26,383 bases of DNA from an uncultured Desulfobacteraceae bacterium (GTDB lineage Bacteria > Desulfobacterota > DSM-4660 > Desulfatiglandales > B25-G16), in assembly GCA_964569645.1 (NCBI GenBank), contig CAZMUW010000001.1, positions 1 through 26,383 on the forward strand, written 5' to 3'. The notes beneath the pieces were generated by a model that saw only the letters and a list, made by a program, of their open reading frames with translations, was not told the DNA's origin and did not search any database. Made by a program: the position numbers and the translations under genes. Positions 7,906 to 16,433 of the stretch are shown one piece after another. The number at the start of each line of letters is the position of its first letter. Position 1 is the stretch's first letter.

Positions 7906-8742
7906 ATGAAAGCTGCATTCACACTTATACCTGCAGAGTCGAGGAGGCTGATCGCAAAGGCTGTTGTGCATATGGAAGAGATCAAGATCGCAAAACAGAA
8001 GGCCTATATCATACTCAACGGCGGGACAACGAATGGCTACATAGCGCAAGAGCTTCTTGGGATGAGAGACCTTGAGCCTCAAAAATTTACCGCAGGCACC
8101 AACACGCACAGGCTCCTGTGTGTGACCGATGCCGATAAGCGAACGCCTTTCCCAATAATCCTTTATAAGGGGGAGAGATCCTCAAAAACCCTTCCTGAAT
8201 CCTTACAGGACTTTCATATCGAGACCGTGCTGATCAAAGGGGCAAATGCAATAGACCCTGAAGGAAATGTCGGTGTGATCACATCGGGTTTCGACGGTGG
8301 AACGATTGGGGCGACTTACGGCACTGTAACATCCCAAGGGCTGAAGTATATTTTCGCCGTGGGGCTGGAGAAGCTGGTGGCCTCGGTTAAAGAGGCAGCA
8401 GCCTGGGCAGGCGGCAAGACCCTCGATTACACAATGGGAGCGGATTTCGGCATGTTCTGTATTCCAAACGGAACCGTTGTAACGGAGATTGAGGCACTCA
8501 AGATTTTAGCCGGCGTGGAGGCAAAACATATCGCATCCGGTGGTGTGGGCGAATCGGCCGGTTCAGTGGTCCTGGTGATTAAGGGGGAGGAGGCAAAGGT
8601 CAGAAAGGCAATCTCCATTGTCGAATCAATCAAGGGGGAGCCGGCCTTGAAGGGATTTAAAGGCACGTGCGAGAAATGTCCCTATGCTTGTAAGTTTGCG
8701 GGAAAAAAGGCGGGCGATCTCCCAGCATGGCTGACCGATTGA
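7906..8742 (+). CDS. Conserved hypothetical protein, possible NagB/RpiA/CoA-transferase-like fold, with C-terminal CxxCxxxC
   Basis: Strong RBS (AGGAGGAGGT), codon usage like its neighbour. Motifs GGTTNGYI, IKGANAID, GGTIG and VGLEKLV; CEKCPYAC at 8668-8691. Fold is inference. Confidence 0.75.
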   Translation: MKAAFTLIPAESRRLIAKAVVHMEEIKIAKQKAYIILNGGTTNGYIAQELLGMRDLEPQKFTAGTNTHRLLCVTDADKRTPFPIILYKGERSSKTLPESLQDFHIETVLIKGANAIDPEGNVGVITSGFDGGTIGATYGTVTSQGLKYIFAVGLEKLVASVKEAAAWAGGKTLDYTMGADFGMFCIPNGTVVTEIEALKILAGVEAKHIASGGVGESAGSVVLVIKGEEAKVRKAISIVESIKGEPALKGFKGTCEKCPYACKFAGKKAGDLPAWLTD

Positions 8743-8745
8743 TCA

Positions 8746-8850
8746 GGTAGGCATTTTTGGGCGAAGGGGTACTGTGTTAGCACAGTTGGTCCGGATGAAG
8801 AGCAAATAAGAAAATATGTGGGCAGATGAAGAAAGAGAGGAGAAGATCGC
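8746..8850 (+). pseudogene. tnpA: C-terminal fragment of IS200-family Y1 transposase (TnpA)
   Basis: 8746-8829 translates GRHFWAKGYCVSTVGPDEEQIRKYVGR*, matching the TnpA FWxxGYxxxTVG...IxxY helix with the catalytic Tyr (8815-8817). A shifted frame continues QMKKER. The N-terminal HUH part is absent. Confidence 0.85.
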
Positions 8851-8861
8851 AATATTTCGTT

Positions 8862-8938
8862 TGGTCGGGACGACTGGATTTGAACCAGCGACCCCAGCGT
8901 CCCGAACGCTGTGCTCTACCAGGCTGAGCCACGTCCCG
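8862..8938 (-). tRNA. tRNA-Pro (anticodon CGG)
   Basis: Reverse complement CGGGACGTGGCTCAGCCTGGTAGAGCACAGCGTTCGGGACGCTGGGGTCGCTGGTTCAAATCCAGTCGTCCCGACCA, 77 nt, with full cloverleaf, anticodon stem CAGCG/CGCTG, TTC T-loop and encoded CCA. Confidence 0.98.
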
Positions 8939-8960
8939 ACTTTATCTGATTGCCTTTTTG

Positions 8961-8989
8961 ATGATAGATATTCCCAAAAGAAAAGTAAA
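8961..8989 (-). promoter_or_regulatory. Putative sigma70 promoter for tRNA-Pro
   Basis: Minus strand TTTACT (8989-8984), 17-nt spacer, TATCAT (8966-8961), ~22 nt upstream of the tRNA 5' end. Confidence 0.5.
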
Positions 8990-9132
8990 CCCTGTTAGAT
9001 ATAAAACAGGGAATTATATCCCGTATGAAAAAACGAAATATTATTATATATATCATCGCCATGATTCTGCAAGTGTATTCTAACAGGGTAAAGAAAAATT
9101 GCCACAAATCCCAGGATAAGCTGAGAAGCCCG

Positions 9133-9717
9133 TTATTTGAGCCTTATTAAATTGATAAAATTCTCTAAGATCCTTTCTGTAGCTCCCCAGATAACCGCAT
9201 CCTTATAGATAAAGGCTGGGGTCTCAAAAATGTCCCCTTCATGATCTATGGAAAAAGGCTGTGGTTGAGAAGGATCTAAAAAAAACCTTAAGGGGACTTC
9301 AATCAAGTGCCCAACCTCTCTCCTGTTAATTGTAAATACATAGGGAAATGGTACCACTCCGACAAAAGGATGAATGATGAAGCGGGACATCATTGTAGGT
9401 ATATTATCGAGCTGACCCAGGATCTCTATATCCTCTTCTCTGATACCTATTTCCTCAAAGGTTTCCCTTTTTGCAGTACCTTCAAGGCTATCATCATCCT
9501 CATCCACTACGCCACCAGGAAAGGATACCTCGCCTTTATGATATTCTACTGTATTTGCTCGCTTCGTAAAAAGAAGCCAATATTGTTCATCTCTGATAAA
9601 TAAGGGCAAAAGGACAGAGGCCTGCGTATAATCAGCACCGTTGCCTTTGATCCTCTTTGGCTCTCTATGAGCCAAAATCGTCTTAAGATCCTCTTTAAGT
9701 TGATCCGGGTTTAGCAT
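9133..9717 (-). CDS. Nudix hydrolase, CoA pyrophosphatase (NudL/PCD1-like)
   Basis: LLFTKRA...HKGEVSFPGG motif, Nudix box GG..RETFEEIGI, and IWGATERIL. Confidence 0.92.
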   Translation of the reverse strand: MLNPDQLKEDLKTILAHREPKRIKGNGADYTQASVLLPLFIRDEQYWLLFTKRANTVEYHKGEVSFPGGVVDEDDDSLEGTAKRETFEEIGIREEDIEILGQLDNIPTMMSRFIIHPFVGVVPFPYVFTINRREVGHLIEVPLRFFLDPSQPQPFSIDHEGDIFETPAFIYKDAVIWGATERILENFINLIRLK

Positions 9718-9728
9718 ATCTATCCTTT

Positions 9729-10730
9729 TTAAATGGTTGTTGTTGGCTTATGGACTGGAGAGGTTGCCTTTTCAATAGTAGTTACAATACTTCCACCCCT
9801 AAATATAGTTACCCTTCCACTCGACTCAGAGATGACTAAGGCAACTGAATCTGTTACCCCGGTGATAGCCGCAGCGGATGAATGCCTGGCACCCAGACCC
9901 TGGGGCATGGGTTCCCCATGATAGGCGGCATTGAGATAGCTTCCAGCTGCCAGGACAACACCATCATCTCTTATGACAAAGGCCCCATCAATAGAGGAGA
10001 ACTCCTTTAATGTTTCTCGAACTTCGGGCTTACTGATATGCAAAACATCCTCAGCGTGTCCCTGGAAGGGATTGAGAACCAACTGGTGGGAATATTGAAG
10101 CACCTTTTTATGGTCACCCAGGACAAATGTACTTCCAATAGGCTTCCCTTCCCTACCCTCATATGCCATCTCCACGACCAAAGTAAGAAGAGATTCGAAT
10201 ATGTCATGCTTTATGTTCTTAGGGAAAGGGGAGTCTTCCGCGAAACTGACGATCTCGGATTCATCCCCTACCTTCAGTACCATTATGGTATCCATAAACC
10301 CCTTTTCCGGTTGTCCACCCACACATACAAGGATATCACCCTTAGATAATATTCCCTTGGAGATGCCTGCCAGAAAGCCGAACTTTAGATAACCATCTCT
10401 GGTCAGGTAAACATCAGGGAGCATAATGGTATTGCCCCTTAAGCCAGTAGCCTTTTCCAGGGATATTTCCCTTTTAGTTACCAGGATAATCTTAAACTTT
10501 TTTCCCTCCGCCTTCAAAATGGGGACAATGTCTGCTGCGGACTCCATGTTAACCAAGATAGCGTCGGCCTTGAGCTTATTTGCTATAGATATGGCCTGCT
10601 TAAGCATTAATTCAGTCCAATTTGCCGACTCTATCCTTTTAATTTCTGCACCACTCTCATCCCTGGCTCTCTTGCTACCAACAATAGATAACCTCTCCTC
10701 TTTTTTCTTTTTTAATTTATTTGGTTCCAC
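9729..10730 (-). CDS. Diadenylate cyclase, DacZ-like (N-terminal pyruvate-kinase-C-like domain plus DisA_N/DAC domain)
   Basis: EGREGKPIGSTFV, SIDGAFV (DGA), GLGARHSSAA and VISESSG motifs. Start placed at GTG 10730, 7 nt after AGGAG (10742-10738). The track's 10787 start lies inside a repeat. Confidence 0.88.
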   Translation of the reverse strand: MEPNKLKKKKEERLSIVGSKRARDESGAEIKRIESANWTELMLKQAISIANKLKADAILVNMESAADIVPILKAEGKKFKIILVTKREISLEKATGLRGNTIMLPDVYLTRDGYLKFGFLAGISKGILSKGDILVCVGGQPEKGFMDTIMVLKVGDESEIVSFAEDSPFPKNIKHDIFESLLTLVVEMAYEGREGKPIGSTFVLGDHKKVLQYSHQLVLNPFQGHAEDVLHISKPEVRETLKEFSSIDGAFVIRDDGVVLAAGSYLNAAYHGEPMPQGLGARHSSAAAITGVTDSVALVISESSGRVTIFRGGSIVTTIEKATSPVHKPTTTI

Positions 10731-10753
10731 AATCTTTCTCCTTTTACGTTTGA

Positions 10754-10823
10754 GGTTCGTTGGGTTTATTGTGTTTGTTGTGTTCACTATTAACTCAATA
10801 AACCCAACAAACCCGATAAACTC
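10754..10823. repeat. Palindromic element of 9-bp tandem units (copy 1)
   Basis: Arm GGTTCGTTG/GGTTTATTG/TGTTTGTTG/TGTTC then arm AACTCAATA/AACCCAACA/AACCCGATA/AACTC; between the pyrE stop and the dac start. Confidence 0.85.
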
Positions 10824-10828
10824 TAACG

Positions 10829-11587
10829 TTACTCCCTGCCATAGGTTTCCATGTATTTATCGAATTCCTCCTTTGTCACCTCATCCATGGCTCTTTTCTC
10901 CCCTGAGATAAAAAGAGGGATCTTATCACTATAAAGGTACTCCACTATCTCCCTGATACCGGCAACAGAAAAAAATGGGATACCTGTCCTTGAGGTTAAC
11001 TCTGCTATTGGATCTTGCCCTTTTTTATTCAGGATAACATTTCCCTCTTTATCATAGACTGCCGTTGTCTGCTCCCTATCTACAGCAATACCTAACCCTA
11101 TTATCTGATATTGAAAACTGTGAGACATAGATTCTTTATCAATCTTTTCTATAAGCTCATACTTTGTTTCCATAGAAGTTACAACATCATCTACAACAAA
11201 GATCCTGCAGCCATCAAAGAAGGTATTGTTCACAAAAAGGGCAGCAGATGAAGACCTCTCACCATGTTTTTTAGGCTCTTTCCTGTCGTAATCAAAGAGG
11301 AGATCATGGCCATGATAATGAAAAAGGGTAGCAGCTGTAGCTGACGCAATGGCACTTCCTTTGTAAGATGGCCCAACTATGATATCTATCTTATCTAAAA
11401 GGGATCTGCTAACGAGCATCTCAGCAAAGAAAGAGCCCAACTCAAGTAGTAATCGGCCAGTACTGAATCTACCCAGGTTGACAAAATAAGGAGTTGGCCT
11501 GCCATCTTTCAGAATCAGATCCCTATTAAAAAATAGGGCTCCTGTTTCCGCAAGGATCAAACTCAAGCGTTTTTTGTATTCTTCCAT
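10829..11587 (-). CDS. pyrE: Orotate phosphoribosyltransferase
   Basis: LKDGRPTPYFVN, GPSYKG, DRKEPKKHGE and PRPP loop VVDDVVTS. Confidence 0.9.
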   Translation of the reverse strand: MEEYKKRLSLILAETGALFFNRDLILKDGRPTPYFVNLGRFSTGRLLLELGSFFAEMLVSRSLLDKIDIIVGPSYKGSAIASATAATLFHYHGHDLLFDYDRKEPKKHGERSSSAALFVNNTFFDGCRIFVVDDVVTSMETKYELIEKIDKESMSHSFQYQIIGLGIAVDREQTTAVYDKEGNVILNKKGQDPIAELTSRTGIPFFSVAGIREIVEYLYSDKIPLFISGEKRAMDEVTKEEFDKYMETYGRE

Positions 11588-11699
11588 ATCTCAATTGTTA
11601 CAATATTTTAACCAAAAATCAATATGATATTCAACCCCTATAATGAACAAATAGGAGACAAAAATCCAGCCTTAAGGCAAAAAGATAAAAGGGCTTTTC

Positions 11700-11728
11700 T
11701 TGACAGATCAAAAAAGAGTTGATATAAA
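11700..11728 (+). promoter_or_regulatory. sigma70 promoter
   Basis: TTGACA (11700-11705), N17, TATAAA (11723-11728), upstream of RBS GGGAGG and the ATG at 11766. Confidence 0.7.
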
Positions 11729-11765
11729 AGATTAAAAGATTCTTTTAACATAGGGAGGTTTTGCT

Positions 11766-12023
11766 ATGGCTGAGGAAGAAGTTGGTGTGGTAATTAAATT
11801 TTTTACCAAGCCAGGTGTGGCAGCCCTAAAGATAACAAAGGGATCCATTAAAAAGGGTGATATATTAAAGTATAAAGGCCACACTACTGACTTTAACGAG
11901 GAGATAAAGAGTATGGAGATTGATAACCAGCCTGTAGATGAAGCCAGGGTTGGTGATACGACAGGTATTAAGGTAGAAGAGAGGGTAAGGGAAAAGGATG
12001 TAGCTTATAAGGTTGTGGACTAA
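11766..12023 (+). CDS. Small translation-elongation-factor-like beta-barrel protein (EF-Tu domain II / U32 C-terminal-like)
   Basis: VGVVIKFFTKPGVAA, IKKGDIL, GHTTDF, SMEIDNQPVDEA..G..GIKVxERVRExDxxYKV pattern; strong RBS and promoter. Confidence 0.85.
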   Translation: MAEEEVGVVIKFFTKPGVAALKITKGSIKKGDILKYKGHTTDFNEEIKSMEIDNQPVDEARVGDTTGIKVEERVREKDVAYKVVD

Positions 12024-12035
12024 GATAAAATCCTT

Positions 12036-12407
12036 TTAAGGGGAAGAGTTTAAATCAAAGCCACATCTTGCACAAAAATCCTCCTTTATCTGTTTAAAAC
12101 CACAGTTAGGACAGAGGACAAAATCCTGGTTGGAGGCTATGCTTATTTTTTCAGCAGGGGATTTAATCTCGAGGAATTCCCCTGCCTCCTGAATATTAAC
12201 TAACCCACCAGCATTAATAATGGTCTCGGCATATCTTCTGGCATCTGCTAAGCTTAAATCCCTCTTCAATACTACGGGTGCCTTTTTCATATATTTATCT
12301 AATGTAGAGTCAGAAACACCGAGTTTGGCCATATTTTGCATAAAAACCTCTGTATCAAGTGCTATACCAAAAAAGACAACCCTGTATTTCTTGTTCACTA
12401 TTCCCAA
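12036..12407 (-). CDS. Hypothetical protein, L7/L12-CTD-like region plus C-terminal Zn ribbon
   Basis: APVVLKRDLSLADARRY resembles L7/L12-CTD-like modules; CPNCG...CARCG. Start is TTG and uncertain. Confidence 0.65.
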   Translation of the reverse strand: MGIVNKKYRVVFFGIALDTEVFMQNMAKLGVSDSTLDKYMKKAPVVLKRDLSLADARRYAETIINAGGLVNIQEAGEFLEIKSPAEKISIASNQDFVLCPNCGFKQIKEDFCARCGFDLNSSP

Positions 12408-12603
12408 AAATTATTTTTTAATAGACTCAGAAATAGGACTTCTATGTCGATTTAAGACCAGATCAATTTTATGTCAAGACAAAAAGGGAATAATCTTACT
12501 ATTCTTTTGCTTGCATATAAATACTATCATGTGATAATAAGAGCAGCTTATTAATAATATCAGTTATACATAACAATCAGATTAGTAAGGAAATAGACAT
12601 AAT

Positions 12604-13584
12604 TTGCCTGAGCTATTAAACAAAAGGGAGCATATCAAAACCAAAAGGGTTACCTTCGATAATAATGAATTAGTAAGGAGTCTTTATGGAGAAAGGAGCA
12701 GCAATCTCCGATTGATAGAAAAAAGACTAAACATTATAGTTAACATTAGAGGAAATGACCTCATTTTGCAGGGTGGCCTTTCGGAGTTAGAGATGGCCGA
12801 AAATCTGTTAACCCAGCTATATGGACTGCTTAAAGAAGGATATCCTATTTACGATAGGGATGTTGATTATTCCCTGAGAATCCTGGAGAGTAACCATAGA
12901 GCAGAGCTTAAGCGAATTTTTTTAGACAGGGTATACATCCCATCAAAAAAAAGGACAATAACACCCAAAAGTATCAACCAGAAGAATTATATTGATAGCA
13001 TAAGAAAATACGATATTGTATTTGGCATAGGACCAGCTGGTACAGGAAAGACATATCTTGCTATGGCAATGGCCATATCATCTTTAATAAAAAAGGAGAT
13101 AAACAGGGTAATCTTAGCAAGGCCAGCGGTGGAGGCAGGCGAAAAATTAGGTTTTTTGCCAGGAGATCTATACGAAAAGGTGAATCCTTACCTTAGACCA
13201 CTCTATGATGCCCTCCATGATATGATGGATTTTGAGGGTGCCTCACGCTTTATTCAAAATGGTGTAATAGAGGTAGCCCCTTTAGCCTTTATGAGGGGGA
13301 GAACACTTAATGATGCATTTGTCATATTAGATGAGGCCCAAAATGTAACACCTGAACAGATGAAGATGTTTCTGACCCGCCTTGGCTTTAGCTCCAAGAC
13401 TGTCATAACCGGGGATATTACCCAGACAGACCTGCCTGAAGGGAAGGCTTCAGGCCTTATACAGGCCAGGGATATTTTAGCCCATATAGAAGAGATAAGA
13501 TTTGTTTATTTTGGGAGGGAAGATGTTATCAGGCATCCATTGGTTCAAGAAATTATAGATGCCTATGATAAACTGGATACTTGA
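12604..13584 (+). CDS. phoH: PhoH family ATPase (PhoH2/YbeZ-like, N-terminal KH-like region)
   Basis: GPAGTGKT, LxRPAVEAGEKLGFLPGD, MRGRT, DEAQN and GDITQTDLP. TTG start. Confidence 0.95.
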   Translation: MPELLNKREHIKTKRVTFDNNELVRSLYGERSSNLRLIEKRLNIIVNIRGNDLILQGGLSELEMAENLLTQLYGLLKEGYPIYDRDVDYSLRILESNHRAELKRIFLDRVYIPSKKRTITPKSINQKNYIDSIRKYDIVFGIGPAGTGKTYLAMAMAISSLIKKEINRVILARPAVEAGEKLGFLPGDLYEKVNPYLRPLYDALHDMMDFEGASRFIQNGVIEVAPLAFMRGRTLNDAFVILDEAQNVTPEQMKMFLTRLGFSSKTVITGDITQTDLPEGKASGLIQARDILAHIEEIRFVYFGREDVIRHPLVQEIIDAYDKLDT

Positions 13585-13603
13585 TACTGGAAACTTGATA
13601 CAC

Positions 13604-13649
13604 TTTAACTTTAGGCACTTTAGGCACTTATAACTTTAGGCACTTTCAT
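13604..13649. repeat. ACTTTAGGC 9-mer tandem repeat cluster
   Basis: Units at 13608-13616, 13617-13625 and 13633-13641. The 24-mer ACTTATAACTTTAGGCACTTTCAT (13626-13649) recurs exactly at 16412-16435, and a 14-mer recurs inverted at 26338-26351. Confidence 0.85.
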
Positions 13650-13658
13650 ATAAATATC

Positions 13659-16082
13659 ATGTTCGAGAAAAAGAAGGGCAAAAAGTTAGAAAAGGAAATC
13701 ATATCCCCATTGAAAAGATTGGGGGCATGGTTCGGGCTGGTTAATTCCAGATTTCAAATATGGATTTATCTAATCATCTTAAGTGGTACCATTTCCTTTC
13801 TCATTTTCCCCAACTTGCTTGTAATATCAAAAGAAGAGTATTCTTTTGGCGATGTGGCAAATAAGGATATCAAGGCATCTCATGATTTTGATGTAGAAGA
13901 TAAGGAATTGACAAAACAGAGGAGAGATGAGGCAGTAAAATCATATCTCTTTGTCTATGACTTTGACAGGTCAGGGGCATATCTTGGTGACAGGATGAAA
14001 GAATCCTTCAGCTATGGAAGGACGGAGCTAGACCATATTTTATCAATTGAGTTGGAGCCAACTCTACGTTCAGAAAAACTTGGAGAATTAAGAGACAAAT
14101 TCTTTGAGCTTGTAGGAATTACTGGAGACCCTGCTCTCTTTGACCAACTTGTCAAAAATAGTTTTTCTTCCCAGATAAAGAATAGTGTATTGGATGCAGT
14201 AAATCAAATTTTAGAGAAAGGGGTTGTAGGGAGCAAGACAGTTTTGATGACCCAGAAAGAAAAAGGAATAATTCTCCGGGATATAGATACTCAAAAGGAG
14301 TTAAAGGTAGATGATCTTGATCGTTTTTATAATCTTGAAGATGCTCGCCAACATGTAAGTCAGATAATAGACCAACACATAATAAATGAAGATGGATCAG
14401 AGATTGTTGGTACAACAGGGCTATTTGCTAAATTGGTCATAAGGCCTAATATAACCTTTAATAAAAGGGAAACAGAGCTACGAAAAGAGGAGGCCAGAGA
14501 ATCGGTAAAACCTATCTATTTCAAGGTTAAAAAGGGTGAGATGATTATTAGAGAGGGAGAAAAAATAAACCCAACCCATCTATTAAAATTGGAGACCGAG
14601 GCCAGATTAAAGAGAAACCCCCCTATCCCGGGTATGGCCCTTAGCATGGCCGTAATGATTGGTATCTTGTTAGCCTTGAGTTATGTTGTACTTCTCAGGA
14701 GGTCTAATGCCTTCAAAGGGGATACCAGGAGCCTCATATTTAATAGCTCGACCCTTTTATTCATGTTTTTGCTTGTGCTACTGTATAATATAGTGGGTGA
14801 AGAGGTAGCCCGGGGTTTCTATTTTTTTAGTATTCAAGTTCTTCTCTTTGCCTTGCCAATTTCTCTGGGGGCTATATTGGTCTCTATCTTTCAGGGATTG
14901 GATGCGGCAATCGCCTTTTCATTGATCATCTCTATTCTGGCTTCCATTGTTATGGAAGGAAGGATAGAGTTTTTTGTTTATTTCCTGCTAGGCTCTCTGC
15001 TGGCTGCCTATGGGGTAAGAAATTGTAGGGAAAGAAGGATATTGATAAGAACAGGAATGAGGGTTGGTCTTTTAAATATTGTTATGGCTGTATCGATCCA
15101 GACCCTACTATACGGAAATCCTTACTCTCAAGCAGGTGGCATTTCTCTCATTGCTGGTTTTCTGGGAGGTTTCCTGGCTGGTGTTATAGCTACCGGTTTT
15201 TTACCATTGATAGAGATGATCTTCGGTTTTACCACGGATATCAAGCTGCTGGAGTTGTCCAGCTTGGATCAGCCAATCCTTAAAGATTTGATGGTTAAAG
15301 CCCCTGGTACTTATCATCATAGTGTCATTGTCAGCACCATGGTTGAGGCAACAGCTGAAAGTATCCATGCCAATCCCCTCTTGACAAAAGTAAGTGCCTA
15401 TTACCATGACATAGGAAAGATAAAGAAACCACTCTACTTTGTAGAAAATCAAGTGAGGGGCGACAACAGACATGAGAAACTTGCACCTTCTATGAGTAGC
15501 CTTATATTAATCTCACATGTCAAAGATGGTATAGAGCTTGCAAAACAACATAGGCTTGGAAAGGAGATAATAGATATTATCCAGCAACACCAGGGCACAG
15601 GTCTAATCTCCTATTTCTATCAAAAGGCCAAGGAGCAAAGTGAGAAAAAAGGGAGTAGATCCTCGCCTGCTAAAGAAGAAGATTTCAGATATCCTGGACC
15701 TAAGCCCCAGACTAAAGAGGCAGGACTTGTTTTAGTGGCAGATGGAGTGGAGGCTGCATCAAGAACCTTAGTCGACCCTACCCCTGCAAGGGTTAAAGGA
15801 ATGGTTCAGAAGATCATAAACAATGTCTTCTCAGATGGACAGCTTAATGAATGCGAATTGACATTGAAGGATTTAAACCAGATAGCCAAAAGCTTTACCA
15901 AGACATTAAGCGGAATCTTTCACAGCCGGATTGAATATCCAGAACCTACAGGAAAAGGAGAAACAGATAAGAAGAGAAAAAATGGAGATCCAAATAACCT
16001 GCCAGTACCCCCTGAAAAACATAGATCCCGGGAAGATAAAAATGAAGCTAACGGGGATCTTAAAAGGCTTGGAATACCATGA
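13659..16082 (+). CDS. 7TM-HD membrane phosphohydrolase (PgpH-like)
   Basis: 7TMR-HD extracellular domain, multi-TM block, APGTYHHS, YYHDIGK, HVKDG and ADGVEAASR; canonical phoH-HD-ybeY context. Confidence 0.93.
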   Translation: MFEKKKGKKLEKEIISPLKRLGAWFGLVNSRFQIWIYLIILSGTISFLIFPNLLVISKEEYSFGDVANKDIKASHDFDVEDKELTKQRRDEAVKSYLFVYDFDRSGAYLGDRMKESFSYGRTELDHILSIELEPTLRSEKLGELRDKFFELVGITGDPALFDQLVKNSFSSQIKNSVLDAVNQILEKGVVGSKTVLMTQKEKGIILRDIDTQKELKVDDLDRFYNLEDARQHVSQIIDQHIINEDGSEIVGTTGLFAKLVIRPNITFNKRETELRKEEARESVKPIYFKVKKGEMIIREGEKINPTHLLKLETEARLKRNPPIPGMALSMAVMIGILLALSYVVLLRRSNAFKGDTRSLIFNSSTLLFMFLLVLLYNIVGEEVARGFYFFSIQVLLFALPISLGAILVSIFQGLDAAIAFSLIISILASIVMEGRIEFFVYFLLGSLLAAYGVRNCRERRILIRTGMRVGLLNIVMAVSIQTLLYGNPYSQAGGISLIAGFLGGFLAGVIATGFLPLIEMIFGFTTDIKLLELSSLDQPILKDLMVKAPGTYHHSVIVSTMVEATAESIHANPLLTKVSAYYHDIGKIKKPLYFVENQVRGDNRHEKLAPSMSSLILISHVKDGIELAKQHRLGKEIIDIIQQHQGTGLISYFYQKAKEQSEKKGSRSSPAKEEDFRYPGPKPQTKEAGLVLVADGVEAASRTLVDPTPARVKGMVQKIINNVFSDGQLNECELTLKDLNQIAKSFTKTLSGIFHSRIEYPEPTGKGETDKKRKNGDPNNLPVPPEKHRSREDKNEANGDLKRLGIP

Positions 16083-16419
16083 CTGTGAGCTGAGCTTACT
16101 CTTTACAGACGATAAACATATAGCAGAGTTAAATTACCGTTTTCTCAAAAGAGAAGGCCCGACAAATGTTCTTGCCTTTCCGATGAGAGGTGATGAACGC
16201 AGCGAGCCTGAGACACCAATGCTGGGGGATATAGTCATATCCTTAGATGCTGCTATGAGGGATGCGAAAAGAGGTGGTGAGAGCCTTAACAATGCTATTG
16301 ATAGACTTTTAATCCATGGTCTTTTACACCTTTTAGGTTATGACCACGAAAGGTCAGAGGAGGAAGCCCGGCGGATGGAAGAAGAGACGGAAAGGTTGTT
16401 GGCGGCGTTTAACTTATAA
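15982..16419 (+). CDS. ybeY: rRNA maturation endoribonuclease YbeY
   Basis: LNYRFLKREGPTNVLAFP, LGDIVIS and HGLLHLLGYDH. Start taken at ATG 15982, overlapping the HD gene tail. Confidence 0.95.
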   Translation: MEIQITCQYPLKNIDPGKIKMKLTGILKGLEYHDCELSLLFTDDKHIAELNYRFLKREGPTNVLAFPMRGDERSEPETPMLGDIVISLDAAMRDAKRGGESLNNAIDRLLIHGLLHLLGYDHERSEEEARRMEEETERLLAAFNL

Positions 16420-16433
16420 CTTTAGGCACTTTC

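Noticed and set aside
8827-8829. TGA as a selenocysteine codon in the TnpA fragment or ORF 8816-8998
   Set aside because: No selenoprotein motif or SECIS-like hairpin; that ORF runs antisense across the tRNA.
10426-10911. 161-aa ORF with INSINPTNPINS periodicity
   Set aside because: Antisense to dac; the periodicity is the translated 9-mer repeat.
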